Shown piece after piece: positions 14,688 through 14,714 of a stretch of 14,714 bases of DNA. Under the pieces are notes generated by a model. It did not search any database and was not told the origin of the DNA. It saw only the letters and a program-made list of their open reading frames with translations. This stretch comes from a bacterium (GTDB lineage Bacteria; UBP7; UBA6624; JBBIMK01): NCBI GenBank assembly GCA_037444445.1, contig JBBIMK010000037.1, forward strand, positions 1-14,714, read 5' to 3'. Every line of letters starts with the position of its first letter. The first letter of the stretch is position 1. A program made the position numbers and the translations under genes.

Positions 14688-14714
14688 GAAAACCGCTTGC
14701 CTCCTTCCGAAATC
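14674..14714. repeat. tandem direct repeat (about 21-nt unit, 2 copies visible, cut by window edge)
   Basis: GCTTGCCTCCTCCCGAAAACC (14674-14694) is followed directly by GCTTGCCTCCTTCCGAAATC (14695-14714), matching at 18 of 20 positions. A separate 7-nt duplication, GCGGAAT GCGGAAT, lies at 14631-14644. Confidence 0.4.

Noticed and set aside
14616-14714. Open minus-strand frame entering from the right edge (...DFGRRQAVFGRRQAPPLHYFLNFHSAFRPQHS*)
   Set aside because: Only 32 codons are visible. The apparent FGRRQA periodicity is just the 21-nt DNA repeat, and the frame overlaps the atpB stop. The evidence is insufficient to call a gene.
14674-14714. Possible CRISPR array at the right edge
   Set aside because: The repeat units are directly adjacent with no spacers and are only about 21 nt long. 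No cas genes are in the window.

Overview
The window is mostly compact, housekeeping-type bacterial chromosome with strong Shine-Dalgarno usage and many overlapping stop/start codons. I see no rRNA, tRNA, CRISPR array, transposase or integrase.

Gene order, left to right:
- (a) 1-2249, minus strand: an accessory-looking operon. It reads putative promoter, 65-aa ORF, standalone trigger-factor N-domain protein, Cys/Asp-rich lipoprotein split by a frameshift, CPBP (CAAX/Abi) intramembrane protease, 52-aa membrane mini-ORF, then the start of a YD/RHS-repeat protein that runs off the left edge.
- (b) 2382-5236, plus strand: a GspE/PilB-type secretion ATPase and a GspF/PilC platform protein, coupled by a 1-nt overlap. 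No pilin, secretin or prepilin peptidase gene lies in the window.
- (c) murG, then a 320-nt unexplained spacer, then lysA.
- (d) 12899-8034, minus strand: five translationally coupled genes. These are a class-III aminotransferase, ispE, a MobA/IspD-fold nucleotidyltransferase, a homocysteine S-methyltransferase and an amidohydrolase_2.
- (e) The start of an F-type ATP synthase operon (atpZ-like, atpI-like, atpB), followed by a stem-loop and a tandem repeat at the right edge.

The most unusual items are the left-hand operon and the GspE-like ATPase. The operon pairs a trigger-factor ribosome-docking domain with secreted, protease and YD-repeat genes. The ATPase has both His-box histidines replaced, and its MshEN-type N-terminal motifs lack their leading arginines. 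The mixed-function ispE operon is also odd.

All functional calls rest on motifs I recognised in the translations. No database search was possible.
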